NCBI GenBank assembly: GCA_965203095.1
Contig: OZ241877.1
Coordinates: 1,376,001-1,440,000 of the forward strand
Direction of reading: 5' to 3'
From: Bdellovibrionales bacterium
GTDB lineage: Bacteria > Bdellovibrionota > Bdellovibrionia > Bdellovibrionales > UBA1609
DNA length: 64,000 nt
Shown: one piece after another, positions 31,524 through 41,689 of the stretch
How the letters are laid out: each line of letters starts with the position of its first letter
How positions within the stretch are numbered: position 1 is the first letter of the stretch
Position numbers and translations under genes: made by a program
Notes under the pieces: generated by a model
The model's database searches: none
What the model saw: the letters and a program-made list of their open reading frames with translations, nothing else
What the model was told of the DNA's origin: nothing

Positions 31524-33374
31524 TTATTTTTTAGAGGAGTTAGAAAAATGTTTCCGGATCCGTTGGGCTAAAGTTTTTGAGATAAAACTTAATTTAGAAA
31601 GTTCTTTTTCACTCTGTTTTTTTAAGGCTGAAAGAGAACCAAATTGCCTTAACAAACTCGCTTTGATATTGGGACTTAAGCCTTTAATGGAATCCAAACC
31701 TCCTTTTAAAAACATTTTCCTCCTTCTTTTTCTATGAGTTTTTATGGCCATGCGATGGGCCTCATCCCTTAAATGCAAGAGGATAGAAAAGGCTTTAGAT
31801 TGAGGGGGGAACAGCACAGGGTTTTTTCGCCCCAATAAATAAAACCTCTCTCCGGAAGACAAAGCTTTAGTATGGTAAGTGCCTTTGTTTTTTATTTTGT
31901 CCTTAGCTAAAGAGGCCAAGGCAATGCCTTTTCGCCCCACTTCCCTTAAAACTTTTTTTGCCACTTGAAGTTGCCCCTTCCCGCCGTCAATAAGAATTAG
32001 ATCCGGATCTTCGTCCTCTTTATGGTTCAGCCGGCGGGAGAGAGCCTCCCTTAGGGCGGAGTAATCATCCTCTCTCCTTGCAGATTTTAACTTATAGAGC
32101 CGATACTCTTTTTTAGCTGGTTGCCCCTTTTCAAAAACCACTTTTGCACCAAAAGCCTCACTGCCTCGCCAATGGGAAATGTCAAAGCATTCCATTCTTA
32201 AAGGGATTTTTGGAAGGGATAAGCGTTTTTTTATTTCCATAAGAGCGTCTTGAAGGCTTTGCTCCTTTTGAATTTCACTTTGTAAGTGGCTTTGAGCGTT
32301 TTTTTCAGCAATATGAATGAGAGCCTTATCCTCATCATTAAAAACATGTAGGATCCGGCAAGGCTCGCCTTTTCTGGACTGTAAAGCCTGTTCTAAAATT
32401 TTTAATTTGGAAACAGAAACCGGCATTTTAAGCAATAACTCATCGGGAATTAAATTTTCTGAATAGTATTGATTGAGGAAAGAGAGCAATATCTCCTCCT
32501 CCACAAAAGAGGATTTAAAAAAGTGGAAGCGATTCCCAATAAGGCGACCTTTCCTAAAGTGCAGAACTTCCATTAGTGAGCCTTCAGGTCCTGGTTGAAA
32601 GGCCAAAACATCTTTATCTTTTACACTTTTTTGAACCACAGATTGGCTTTGCTCTATCATCTCAATCGCCTTTAAGCGATCCCTTAAGCGACCCGCCTCT
32701 TCAAACCTCAGTTGCTTGGCACGAAGTCGCATTTGGGATTTTAATTGTTGAGCTAAGTTTTTTGGATTCCCTTTTAAAAAACTTAAGGCTTTTTTGCAAT
32801 TTTTTTTGTATTCCTTTGAGCTGATTTTTTTTACACAGGGGGCGGGGCATACTCCCATATCCCAGGAAAGGCAGGGCCTTTTGCGAGATCGAAACTCTGA
32901 ATCCGAACAGTCCCTTAAATGAAAATTCTGATTTAAAAAATCCAAAAGGGAACGAACTGTCCAACCCTCTGTGTAAGGGCCAAAATAAACACTGCGGGAG
33001 TCTTTAACTCTTCTTTCAAAATAAAGCCGGGGAAAATCGTCTTGAAGGCTAAAGCGAATATAAGGATAAGCTTTATCGTCTTTAAGACGAATGTTGTAAC
33101 GGGGTTTGTGTTTTTTTATAAGAGAGGCTTCCAGTAAAAAAGCCTCCACTTCATTTTTTGTGACAATGTAATCTATATCCTCTGCTTGACGAAGCAAAAA
33201 CTCTGTTTTTAAGCCTGTAAGCTTTTTGTTAAAGTAAGAGCTGGCCCTATGCCTTAGGGATTTGGCTTTGCCCACATAGAGGATCTGATCCTCAGCTTTT
33301 TTTATCAAATAGACCCCAGGAAGAGGGGGGAATTTTCTGGCTTTGGCCTTAAGTGATTTTGTTTTGTCCTCCAT
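31524..33374 (-). CDS. uvrC: Excinuclease ABC subunit C
   Basis: GVY...YVGKAK GIY-YIG domain, FDISH, DGGKGQ, RDEAHR. Confidence 0.96.
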   Translation of the reverse strand: MEDKTKSLKAKARKFPPLPGVYLIKKAEDQILYVGKAKSLRHRASSYFNKKLTGLKTEFLLRQAEDIDYIVTKNEVEAFLLEASLIKKHKPRYNIRLKDDKAYPYIRFSLQDDFPRLYFERRVKDSRSVYFGPYTEGWTVRSLLDFLNQNFHLRDCSDSEFRSRKRPCLSWDMGVCPAPCVKKISSKEYKKNCKKALSFLKGNPKNLAQQLKSQMRLRAKQLRFEEAGRLRDRLKAIEMIEQSQSVVQKSVKDKDVLAFQPGPEGSLMEVLHFRKGRLIGNRFHFFKSSFVEEEILLSFLNQYYSENLIPDELLLKMPVSVSKLKILEQALQSRKGEPCRILHVFNDEDKALIHIAEKNAQSHLQSEIQKEQSLQDALMEIKKRLSLPKIPLRMECFDISHWRGSEAFGAKVVFEKGQPAKKEYRLYKLKSARREDDYSALREALSRRLNHKEDEDPDLILIDGGKGQLQVAKKVLREVGRKGIALASLAKDKIKNKGTYHTKALSSGERFYLLGRKNPVLFPPQSKAFSILLHLRDEAHRMAIKTHRKRRRKMFLKGGLDSIKGLSPNIKASLLRQFGSLSALKKQSEKELSKLSFISKTLAQRIRKHFSNSSKK

Positions 33375-33543
33375 GTTGGAAAGTATAGCTCAGTAGGGGA
33401 GGGTTTGTCATGTTAAGTAAAAACTTTAAGGTGGGTTAGGCAAAAACCTCTGCAAAAAAACAGGGGCTATGCCAAGATTTTTAGGGAAAGATTTTTTAAA
33501 AATCCCTCTTGTGTTTTTCAAAAAAGTAAAATACAGTGCTTTG

Positions 33544-34080
33544 ATGATGGAAAAACATCAGCTGGCAAAAAAAATATATTCTAAATGTTATCTTAAAGGG
33601 GATTTTTTGTTGAGGTCGGGCCTTCGCTCTTCAGAGTATTTTGACAAATACTGTATGGAGTCGGACCCTGCCCTTCTGTCAGCCACAGTAGAGCTTATGG
33701 CCCCTCTCATTCCTAAAGGGACAGAAGTTTTAGCTGGTTTGGAAATGGGAGGTATCCCCTTAGGGACAGCTCTTTCCTTAAAAACACATATCCCGATTTG
33801 TTTCGTCCGGAAAAAGGCCAAAGCCTACGGCACTATGAGGATTTGTGAGGGGGGATCTGTTAAGGGGAAAAGGCTTTGTATTATAGAAGATGTTATCAGC
33901 ACAGGGGGGCAGGTTTTGCAATCCGCTCAAGCACTGAGGGCTGAGGGAGCTATAGTCTCTTCTGTTTTATGTGTGATCTTTAGGGGGGAGAGTTTAAAAT
34001 TGATAGAAGATGAGAGCCTTAAACTTTTTTATCTCTTCAGTAAAGAGGAACTGACTGGTTTTCAAACTAAAAAACCTTAG
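33544..34080 (+). CDS. pyrE: Orotate phosphoribosyltransferase
   Basis: GDFLLRSG..S..YFD, RKKAKAYG, IIEDVISTGG. Confidence 0.92.
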   Translation: MMEKHQLAKKIYSKCYLKGDFLLRSGLRSSEYFDKYCMESDPALLSATVELMAPLIPKGTEVLAGLEMGGIPLGTALSLKTHIPICFVRKKAKAYGTMRICEGGSVKGKRLCIIEDVISTGGQVLQSAQALRAEGAIVSSVLCVIFRGESLKLIEDESLKLFYLFSKEELTGFQTKKP

Positions 34081-34142
34081 GCGACCGTCGTTTTTTTTGA
34101 GAACGAGAATCCACTCCATAAAACCAATAAGGAAATTATTTT

Positions 34143-34250
34143 TAGTCGCCTGTGAAAAAGCTTACATTTAATGGATCGCCCAAGCAAAAAGTCCAGCTTG
34201 TTCGCGGGAAAAATACCTTGGACCATCACCGGACAGCCTGTAGGCAAAAG
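34143..34250 (+). mobile_element. Palindromic element copy D (chimeric, right end truncated)
   Basis: Left TIR TAGTCGCCTGTGAAAAAG; type II left arm; core at 34212-34224; type I right arm. Confidence 0.75.
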
Positions 34251-34351
34251 AAGTATGGGCAAGCGGTCAGGTAAAAGGGGTTAAAAAGCATAGGCTTTGC
34301 AGGGCTTTGGTATAGATAGAGATTAGAGAGAAAAATAGAGAGTTCTGAGGC

Positions 34352-35464
34352 TTAATCCACCCATTTAATCTTGTCTGTGTTCAATGCTCCTGGCAATTTG
34401 CCACGATATCTTGATTTCATGATTGCTCCTTGAAAGTCTGCTCCCCGCACATCCGCTCCCCGCATTTCCGCTCCCCGCAAGTCTGCTCCTTGCAACTTTG
34501 CGCCCTGGAATATAACATGTCGCAAGTCGGTTCCCCGCAAATTTTGCCTCCGCAAGTCGGCTCCCCAAAAATTCGCCACTTTATACTTCTTGACTTTTGA
34601 GGTAAATGCTCCCCCTGCCCACACTCTGGCTATATATTCAAGAGAAATTTTTGCTCCCTGTAAGTCTGCTCCCCGCAAGTCTGCATTATGGAATTGCCCA
34701 AACCATAGTTTTGCTCCTCGCATTTTTGCTCCCCGCAAGTTCGCTTTTGATAAGTTTGCATGATGAAAAACCGCAAGTCTCAAGTCCGCCCCTTGCAAGT
34801 TTGCTCCCTGCATTTTAGCATGTTGCAAGTCTGCCCCTCTCAAGTCTGCTCCCTGTAAGTTTGCTCCCTGTAAGTTTGCTTCCCTCAAGTCCGCATTTAG
34901 CAACATTGCTTTTTGTAAATTCACTTTTTCCAAGTTTGCTTTCCATAACTCTCCATTTCGCAAGTTCGCCTCTTGCAAGTTTGCTCCCCGGAAGTCCATC
35001 ATCCATAATTTAGTTCCTAACAGGTCGGCTTTTTGTAAGTCGGCTCTCTGTAAGTTTGCTTGTCGTCTGACAGCCGGCTTGACTTTGCTACCTAACATGG
35101 CATTAAATTCAATCTTACTATTTTCAATCACAAAATAGAATCTTACACCCCTTAAGTTTGTTTTTTGTAAGTTTGCTCCCCGCAAGTCTGCTCCCAGAAA
35201 GTCTGCTCCCGATAAGTTTGCATCTCGCAAATTCGCATTCCGCAAATCCGCCTCCTGGAATTTCGCCCCCCGCAAGTCTGCTCCCCGCAAGTTCGCCCCC
35301 CGCAACTTTGCATGCCAAAAATCTACTCCTCGCAAGTTTGCCCCCGATAGGTTTGCTCCCGACAAGTTCTTTTTCCCTTGTTTGATTTTTTTTATCAGCT
35401 CTGCTTGATTTTGAGCCTGAGCTGGGATTGCAAAACATAAGAGGATTAAAAACAGACCTTTCAT
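34352..35464 (-). CDS. Secreted pentapeptide-repeat protein (PRP1)
   Basis: Signal peptide ...FAIPAQA, A(N/D)LxG repeats, C-terminal cap GALNTDKIKWVD. Confidence 0.9.
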   Translation of the reverse strand: MKGLFLILLCFAIPAQAQNQAELIKKIKQGKKNLSGANLSGANLRGVDFWHAKLRGANLRGADLRGAKFQEADLRNANLRDANLSGADFLGADLRGANLQKTNLRGVRFYFVIENSKIEFNAMLGSKVKPAVRRQANLQRADLQKADLLGTKLWMMDFRGANLQEANLRNGELWKANLEKVNLQKAMLLNADLREANLQGANLQGADLRGADLQHAKMQGANLQGADLRLAVFHHANLSKANLRGAKMRGAKLWFGQFHNADLRGADLQGAKISLEYIARVWAGGAFTSKVKKYKVANFWGADLRRQNLRGTDLRHVIFQGAKLQGADLRGAEMRGADVRGADFQGAIMKSRYRGKLPGALNTDKIKWVD

Positions 35465-35471
35465 ACTTATC

Positions 35472-35499
35472 TTATCGGGTTATTGTCCGGGAAAATAAA
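35472..35499 (-). promoter_or_regulatory. Putative sigma28/FliA-type promoter, ATG 7 nt downstream
   Basis: Minus strand TTTA-N16-CCCGATAA-N7-ATG; near-identical copy at 59358-59385. Confidence 0.5.
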
Positions 35500-35571
35500 G
35501 GCTTTTGTAAATTTTTCACACAAAGGGCAGAGCTTATAGCAAAAAACTCAAAAGCCTTGCTGGTAAAGGCT

Positions 35572-36264
35572 TTAACATCCGTTATCCCTGGGTGCTATGT
35601 TTATCTTCTCTGGGTCAAAATTTTGAGGCAAAGTCCGTCTGGGGGTCTGGCTTAGTATTGCTCCAATAAAATTTTTTCTCTTATCAAAAAAAACTTCACA
35701 CTCTGTTTTAGATATTTCCCTCCCCAAAAAAGAATTGATAATGGCATGTTTTGTTTTATGATTGTTTTCTGAGTCTTCTAATAAGAAAGGGATTTTAAAT
35801 CTTATCGCTCTGCTATAATCAAAAACAACTCCCACACCATAAAACAAGTTTTTGTTTGGGTGTTCGTCTTCTCTGGTATACTTCTCATTGCTCCCTTTTG
35901 GCCCTACCCGCTGGGGGTCCCATGTGTTTGTGCTCTCAATATAATATCGGCTGGCACAAATAGTAAACATATCATCAGGATTGGATTCGCATTCTGTAGG
36001 ATTAGGGCTTTTAAAACTATCCTTAAAAAATTTAGAATGAAGTTTTTGATAATGATTTGTTAGGACAATGTTTTCAATAAAATCTTGAGATTTGTTCTCT
36101 GCCCCCAAAGCCAGTTTCCGGGAAGTGGAATAAGCCATGTATTGAGCCACACTGGCATGAACCAAAGTAATGGTTAATCTAAAAAAAGAGAGAATTAAAA
36201 ATAAAATAATGATTGAAACCAAAAGAAAAGGGATAGTCACAAAAGCTTTTGAATTTAAAGTCAT
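35572..36264 (-). CDS. TadE-like pilus-associated protein
   Basis: Degenerate prepilin-like hydrophobic N-terminus, YMAYSTSR helix; downstream of the TadG-like gene. Confidence 0.55.
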   Translation of the reverse strand: MTLNSKAFVTIPFLLVSIIILFLILSFFRLTITLVHASVAQYMAYSTSRKLALGAENKSQDFIENIVLTNHYQKLHSKFFKDSFKSPNPTECESNPDDMFTICASRYYIESTNTWDPQRVGPKGSNEKYTREDEHPNKNLFYGVGVVFDYSRAIRFKIPFLLEDSENNHKTKHAIINSFLGREISKTECEVFFDKRKNFIGAILSQTPRRTLPQNFDPEKINIAPRDNGC

Positions 36265-36286
36265 TGTTAAGGCTATGTCTTTAAGT

Positions 36287-38734
36287 CTACTGACTACAGT
36301 AAAATCTATCTCTGCCGGGGAAGCTCCCCAAAACATTGCATGAGATCAACTTAACAGAATAACCGCTCCGCCCCCCAGCAATACAGCCAGAAGTGTTGGA
36401 GCGATCTTTTTTTCTTACTGGGGCATGGCATCTCATAAATAGTTTTCCTGGGTCGTTTTTTTTATACTCTAAGTTATAATCTGAATAATCCATTTGTTCG
36501 CCTTTAGGGATAGCCGGTGCCCATGAGCTTAAAATGCTAAAAATCGTTTCTGGGCCTTTTAGGTCTTGAATGTTGGGAGGGGGAAAAGTTGCCAACCAAT
36601 TATATCCAAAATGATTTCCCCTTGTTAAGCCGGCCTGTCCTGTGGGGGGGGATGGATTAGATGACATTGAAGGGCCTATTGTTTTAAACCTTTGTCCCAT
36701 GGAATGGGGAAAATGTTGGGGATTATAGGCAAGAACTTTAATTTCATTTTGGTTTATTTGATCGGAAGGGCTGTTTTTTCTTAAAAAAATAGGAGCAATA
36801 GATATAGCCAATTTATTATCATTCTTTTCTAAGACATCAGGATAGGGCCAGCCCAAATCCCCCCGAATATAATATCCGCCCCCCTGAGCTTTATTGTTTT
36901 TGTAGGGATCGCAATTCTGCCCACTTAATAGTTTGCAAATCCTGGGGAAAAAAGTCTCCATATAATTCCCAGCAATGGAGTAATGGGATAAATCAAAAAC
37001 ATCGGGATAAATGGCCACAAGCTCCATCATCCTCATAAAAGATTGGCTGGGGTCACTTGAAGGACTTCGAGCAAAAGGCCAGGCTAAAGGGTCCCTTGGC
37101 TTACTATCATCAGGGTATAAATTCCATAAGAAAAAGGCGTCCATAGAGTAGGCTCTTTTATATTTATATTGACTGGATATTTTGTTTAAAAAACTATCTG
37201 GCCCATCATGCAGGGAGTATTCCACAAGCCCCCACGGATCCCCAGGATAGCGGGAATAGTTTGGTTGATTAAAAAAAGGATTAAATTCGCTTAGGTCTAT
37301 ATCTCCCGGCCTGTTAGGGATTTCAGGGATAAATCTATCTGCATTGAGGCCGGGGCCAAAAACTCCCCCAAAAGGCTTAGCCAAAGCACTGGCCTTAAAC
37401 CAAACCCCATTAGGCAAGTCAAACAATGAGTTGGGAGCATAATCAAATTGTTTTGTTAGCCCATAATAAATTATTTTATCTGGTATTTTTCTATAACCCA
37501 AAAGCAATTCATTGTCTTTATGAAAAAAAGCCCCTGGGTCATTGGAAAAAAGAGCCATCCTGTCCTTTACATATTGGCTATCTCTTAGATGTTGCCCTAA
37601 AGGATGGCCAGTCAATCTGGTTATAATCTTCTGATAATTTATATTATTGTCATAATGCAGTCTTACTTTGTCGGAGCAGGATGTGGGGGTGGGGTCGTTA
37701 TTTCCGTTTGATTCAAAATCTAAAACCTGTAAAACAGGGAGCACCCGGATAGGCTCAAAAAATTGATCAAACTTTTTATCGTCTTGTTTACCTTTTATAG
37801 TATTGAAACTGAACTCTATTGGTTCTTTTTTGCCTTCTTTTTCAATACTCTTTTGATTCCTTCTGCTTAAATTATGCCAAAAAACTTTATGTGCCCCATC
37901 CAAAATAGGATTCCCATCCAAGTCATTCATTTTATCTCTTTTATTTAAAGTTTTGTTCCAAATCCCTTCCATCATTTCTTTTCTATCTAACTGATCCTCC
38001 ATAAAACTGATTAAAAAAAGATGGGCCAACAATGCATTTAAAGCCCCTTCCATAGGACAACTGGAATTCATTTGATTTCTCAATTCTATTATAGCCCTGC
38101 TGGCAAGTTGGGGGACTCCCAAAGGCCCTCCGGGGATAGCAGGATCGGGAATGGGCGGAATATCAACCCCTTCAGTTTTACATAAGTTTTGATCGTCTTT
38201 TTTGTTAATCCCTCTAATCCATGCATTGCTTGAAATACAAACAAAATATCTATAGTCACAGTAATTTTTAGAGTCGGACCTTCTGGGGTTAAAATAAATT
38301 TTATGGTTTTGATCTTTATTGTAAAGGCGGTCAGCTTCTGAACACTTGGTTTTTAGTGCCCGCTTAGTTATCCTTTGAAAATCACAAGTGACTGTTTTTT
38401 GCCTATTTTGAGGACACCAATAATCTTTTTGCCCCTGATCTTTATGATAGCCTTCATTTTGGGTCAAATTCCCTAAAATGCGGTATCGCCAGGAAAGGAG
38501 TTTCCAGTTTTGTCGCATCTGATAATTAATGTGGGCCATAGCGTTTAAAACTTCTGCCTGTTGTTTTGCCCCATAATAAGTCGCAAAATCTAAGGCATTT
38601 TGAAAATTGATTTTATCATAAACCGTCATGGCAACATTAAGGGTCATGCCAAACAGAATAAAAAGAACTGAAAAAATCAAAACTATAAAAATAGCTATCT
38701 GGCCCTTACTATTCTCTATAATTCTCTTAATCAT
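36287..38734 (-). CDS. Large Tad/TadG-like pilus-associated protein
   Basis: KGQIAIFIVLIF prepilin motif, KINFQNALDFATYYGA Tad motif, Cys-rich body. Confidence 0.75.
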   Translation of the reverse strand: MIKRIIENSKGQIAIFIVLIFSVLFILFGMTLNVAMTVYDKINFQNALDFATYYGAKQQAEVLNAMAHINYQMRQNWKLLSWRYRILGNLTQNEGYHKDQGQKDYWCPQNRQKTVTCDFQRITKRALKTKCSEADRLYNKDQNHKIYFNPRRSDSKNYCDYRYFVCISSNAWIRGINKKDDQNLCKTEGVDIPPIPDPAIPGGPLGVPQLASRAIIELRNQMNSSCPMEGALNALLAHLFLISFMEDQLDRKEMMEGIWNKTLNKRDKMNDLDGNPILDGAHKVFWHNLSRRNQKSIEKEGKKEPIEFSFNTIKGKQDDKKFDQFFEPIRVLPVLQVLDFESNGNNDPTPTSCSDKVRLHYDNNINYQKIITRLTGHPLGQHLRDSQYVKDRMALFSNDPGAFFHKDNELLLGYRKIPDKIIYYGLTKQFDYAPNSLFDLPNGVWFKASALAKPFGGVFGPGLNADRFIPEIPNRPGDIDLSEFNPFFNQPNYSRYPGDPWGLVEYSLHDGPDSFLNKISSQYKYKRAYSMDAFFLWNLYPDDSKPRDPLAWPFARSPSSDPSQSFMRMMELVAIYPDVFDLSHYSIAGNYMETFFPRICKLLSGQNCDPYKNNKAQGGGYYIRGDLGWPYPDVLEKNDNKLAISIAPIFLRKNSPSDQINQNEIKVLAYNPQHFPHSMGQRFKTIGPSMSSNPSPPTGQAGLTRGNHFGYNWLATFPPPNIQDLKGPETIFSILSSWAPAIPKGEQMDYSDYNLEYKKNDPGKLFMRCHAPVRKKDRSNTSGCIAGGRSGYSVKLISCNVLGSFPGRDRFYCSQ

Positions 38735-38856
38735 AAGGTCACTTTGTTTGAGCTATCTTTTTTTGGCCCATATCCCTGATTGCAATTCAGTTGAAAGGGA
38801 ATAAGCTTTAGACAAAACTGAAGAAGAACAATTGATTTTTTTTAAGGCCGACTTTT

Positions 38857-39050
38857 CTGGATTCCCGTTTTCACGGGATTGTAAATGCTCTAAACTATTG
38901 AATTTACAGCATTTTCGGGGGGGGGGGGGGGGGGATTTTCTGTGGGTGATTTGAGAGTCTGGATGACTGCTTTCGCGGGAGTTGACTTTTTTCGCAAGAG
39001 CTAAAAAGTCCGGGGGACTTTTAGGCAAAGTCTGACTGCTTTTGGGCAGG
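38857..39050. repeat. REP-like palindrome, G18 homopolymer and degenerate G-rich repeat units
   Basis: CTGGATTCCCGTTTTCACGGGATTG at 38857; G18 at 38917-38934; similar to 63480-63660. Confidence 0.7.
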
Positions 39051-39196
39051 ATTTGTAAAAAAACTCTCATACCAGTTATTTATATCCATTTTTTATCCTA
39101 AATAAAATCTTTTTTTGAAAAAAATATAGATATTCTTCCTTTTATAAGGTATAAACTAAAAGTGTTATGAACCGCAATTTAAAAAAACTTTAAAAA

Positions 39197-40216
39197 ATGA
39201 ACAAAGCTTTATATTTAATACCTGTTTTGTTTTTTCTTTCTCTCTTTTTCCAGCCTCTATGGGGCCTGAATGAAGAGAGCTTTCGTTCAAAAATCATCGA
39301 AGATCTCTATCCCTCTGTAGAGGAATGGTCGTGGACGGGTTTTTTTAAAGGGGTCTCTAATCTTCAAATTCACTATCGCATTTATGGGACTGCCCAGCCA
39401 CAAAGTCGCCCCGTAGTGATCTCTCCAGGTTGGACAGAGTTTTCCCTAAAATATATGGAACTGGCCCATGATTTGATCTCGCAGTCTTTTTCACCGGTTT
39501 ATGTTTTGGATCATAGAGGGCAGGGGGCCTCTGGCCGTCGCTTAAGTGACCCGGAAAAAGGCTATGTGGAGGATTTTGGCTTTTATGTTCAAGATTTTAA
39601 AACTTTTTTAGATAAGGTGGTGATCCCCCGCCATCCCGAAAAAAACTTGCACTTGATAGCCCATTCCATGGGAGGGGCTGTAAGCTTGCTCTATATGTTG
39701 GAGGAGCCTAACACTTTTCGTTCAGCCGCTATGACTTCCCCTATGTTGCAAGTGGCCATTCACTCCTGCCTTGAGTTTATAGCCTCCCTTTTATCTCCTC
39801 CGGTGGATTTTTTAATGCCTCATCAGCCCTTTCTTGTGAGCAGTCGCAAAAAGGAGATAACCTTTGACCCTAATAATAAAGTCAGCCACAGCCCGGCCCG
39901 TTATGAGTTCAACAAATTTCTTGAAAACGAACATTCGTTTTATATCAAGGGGGCCACTTTAAAATGGTTGAACGAGGCCACTGGCCAGCCCAAACAGTTG
40001 GTGGAACAAGCGGAAGGCTTTGCTGTCCCTCTTTTAATTTTGAGCGGAGGGCAAGATCAGGTGGTAGATAACAGTGCCATTTATTCCTTTTGTGAAAGAG
40101 CAAAAAATTGCTCTCATATCCCTTTTGCAGGAGCAAAACATGAGATTCTTATGGAAAAAGACGAAATCCGAACCCCGGCCCTGCAAAAGATTTTGCAGTT
40201 TTTTAACAGCCATTAA
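39197..40216 (+). CDS. Lysophospholipase L2-like alpha/beta hydrolase
   Basis: DHRGQGAS, AHSMGG, GAKHEILME. Confidence 0.88.
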   Translation: MNKALYLIPVLFFLSLFFQPLWGLNEESFRSKIIEDLYPSVEEWSWTGFFKGVSNLQIHYRIYGTAQPQSRPVVISPGWTEFSLKYMELAHDLISQSFSPVYVLDHRGQGASGRRLSDPEKGYVEDFGFYVQDFKTFLDKVVIPRHPEKNLHLIAHSMGGAVSLLYMLEEPNTFRSAAMTSPMLQVAIHSCLEFIASLLSPPVDFLMPHQPFLVSSRKKEITFDPNNKVSHSPARYEFNKFLENEHSFYIKGATLKWLNEATGQPKQLVEQAEGFAVPLLILSGGQDQVVDNSAIYSFCERAKNCSHIPFAGAKHEILMEKDEIRTPALQKILQFFNSH

Positions 40217-40324
40217 AAGATCTTGACTTTTCCCTTTTTTTTGAACCTGTGTTTGAACCTGAAATTTCAAAACAAAACAGTATAAAAACAGTTTTTGAAA
40301 TTCCCGCAGAAGGTTAGGGAAAGT

Positions 40325-40849
40325 TTAAAGCCCCGCTTTGATTCGCTCTTTATCATCCACCACACTTAAAACACCGGAAGAACCCAGCTCTTTCCGGTAA
40401 GCCAATTTTTTAATGTCGTAGACTGTATCTTCACCGGAAAGTGCGGGGGTTTGCCACTGAGGCCCCATGCGGATAGCATCCACAGGGCAAGCCTCCTCAC
40501 AAAAACCACAAAAAACACAGCGAAGCATATCAATTTCATAAGAGATAGGATATTTTTCCACTTCTGGATCAGAGCTTTCCCCCGCTGTAATTTTAATGCA
40601 ATGGGCGGGGCAGTTGGTTGCACAAAGCATACAGGCAGTGCATCTTAAGGAACCGTCTTTTTTTACAGTGAGAACATGATTGCCTTTAAACCTCGGGCCA
40701 TAAGAGTAATATTCTTCCGGGTAGTTTAAAGTGATTCTTTGTTTTTTATTAAACCAGTTTAAAAAAAACTTTTTAAGTGTCAGCCCCATCCCTTTTAAAA
40801 TGGCAGGGAGGTAATGAGTTTGGCTGGCCTCTTTCCTTTGGACTTGCAT
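40325..40849 (-). CDS. nuoI: NADH-quinone oxidoreductase subunit I (isolated)
   Basis: TLNYPEE, CTACMLCATNCP, CVFCGFCEEACPVDAI. Confidence 0.93.
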   Translation of the reverse strand: MQVQRKEASQTHYLPAILKGMGLTLKKFFLNWFNKKQRITLNYPEEYYSYGPRFKGNHVLTVKKDGSLRCTACMLCATNCPAHCIKITAGESSDPEVEKYPISYEIDMLRCVFCGFCEEACPVDAIRMGPQWQTPALSGEDTVYDIKKLAYRKELGSSGVLSVVDDKERIKAGL

Positions 40850-41165
40850 TAAAAAACCCCCTTCTGATTATAAAAACTTCCTCTTTTACTCTTAAAAGTC
40901 AAGTTCTTCCTTCAAAAATCTTAAATTTTTTAAAAAATGAAAAAAATCTATTTTTAAAAAAAACAATGCATATCGATTGAGTTTTCAAAAAAAATGATTA
41001 AAAAAAAATGATTAAAAAATGAGCAATAAAAAAGTATTGACAGAAGTCTTTTGTTTAAAATAGGATGAGGTCCTTCAAGCTAAAAGGTTAAAAAGGCACT
41101 TCAGGGACGAATTCCTTATAGACAACTCGGCAGGAAGCCTAACAAAACAAAAAGGAAGGTGAATC

Positions 41166-41660
41166 GTGAATACAGCAGATGTCCCTGGTGATAAAAAGCA
41201 CAAACCCAAAGTCATTAAAAAATATGGTAATAGAAAGCTTTATGATACAGAGTTAAGCTCTTATATTGTTCTAAAGGATATTGAAAAAATGATCCGCAAA
41301 GGGTTAGAGATTCAAATTATTGATAATGAGACCAATGAGGATATCACCATAGCCACCCTTACACAGATCATTTTCAGTTCTGAAAGAAAATCCAAGCTGA
41401 ACCCTCCTGTCAATATTTTAAGATCCATCATTAGGGAAGGGGATGGCAGTTTATCCTCATTTTTGGCCAAGTTGGGGCTTTTTTCTATTACAGGAGGAAA
41501 AAGAAGGAACTTTAATGCCCGGGGCGAAAAAGAACAAGTGCTAACAGCTGAAATGTTAAATCAAAACATTGCTCGTTGGCTCAGCTCAGGTGATGAGTCC
41601 AGGGTGAACCGAGTAGAAGATTCTATTCCGGAATTGCCCGGTAGCCATAACAATTTGTGA
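41166..41660 (+). CDS. PhaR-like PHA synthesis regulator DNA-binding protein
   Basis: IKKYGNRKLYDT..SSY, EDIT..TLTQII. Confidence 0.85.
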   Translation: MNTADVPGDKKHKPKVIKKYGNRKLYDTELSSYIVLKDIEKMIRKGLEIQIIDNETNEDITIATLTQIIFSSERKSKLNPPVNILRSIIREGDGSLSSFLAKLGLFSITGGKRRNFNARGEKEQVLTAEMLNQNIARWLSSGDESRVNRVEDSIPELPGSHNNL

Positions 41661-41689
41661 GTTAAAATTCAAGGCAAGAAAAGCGGACC

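Noticed and set aside
38753..39070. 105-aa ORF with polyproline
   Set aside because: Made of repeat sequence and the G18 tract
41069..41150. Riboswitch in the phaR-like leader
   Set aside because: Only a weak GTCCTT/AGGGAC stem and no recognisable aptamer consensus
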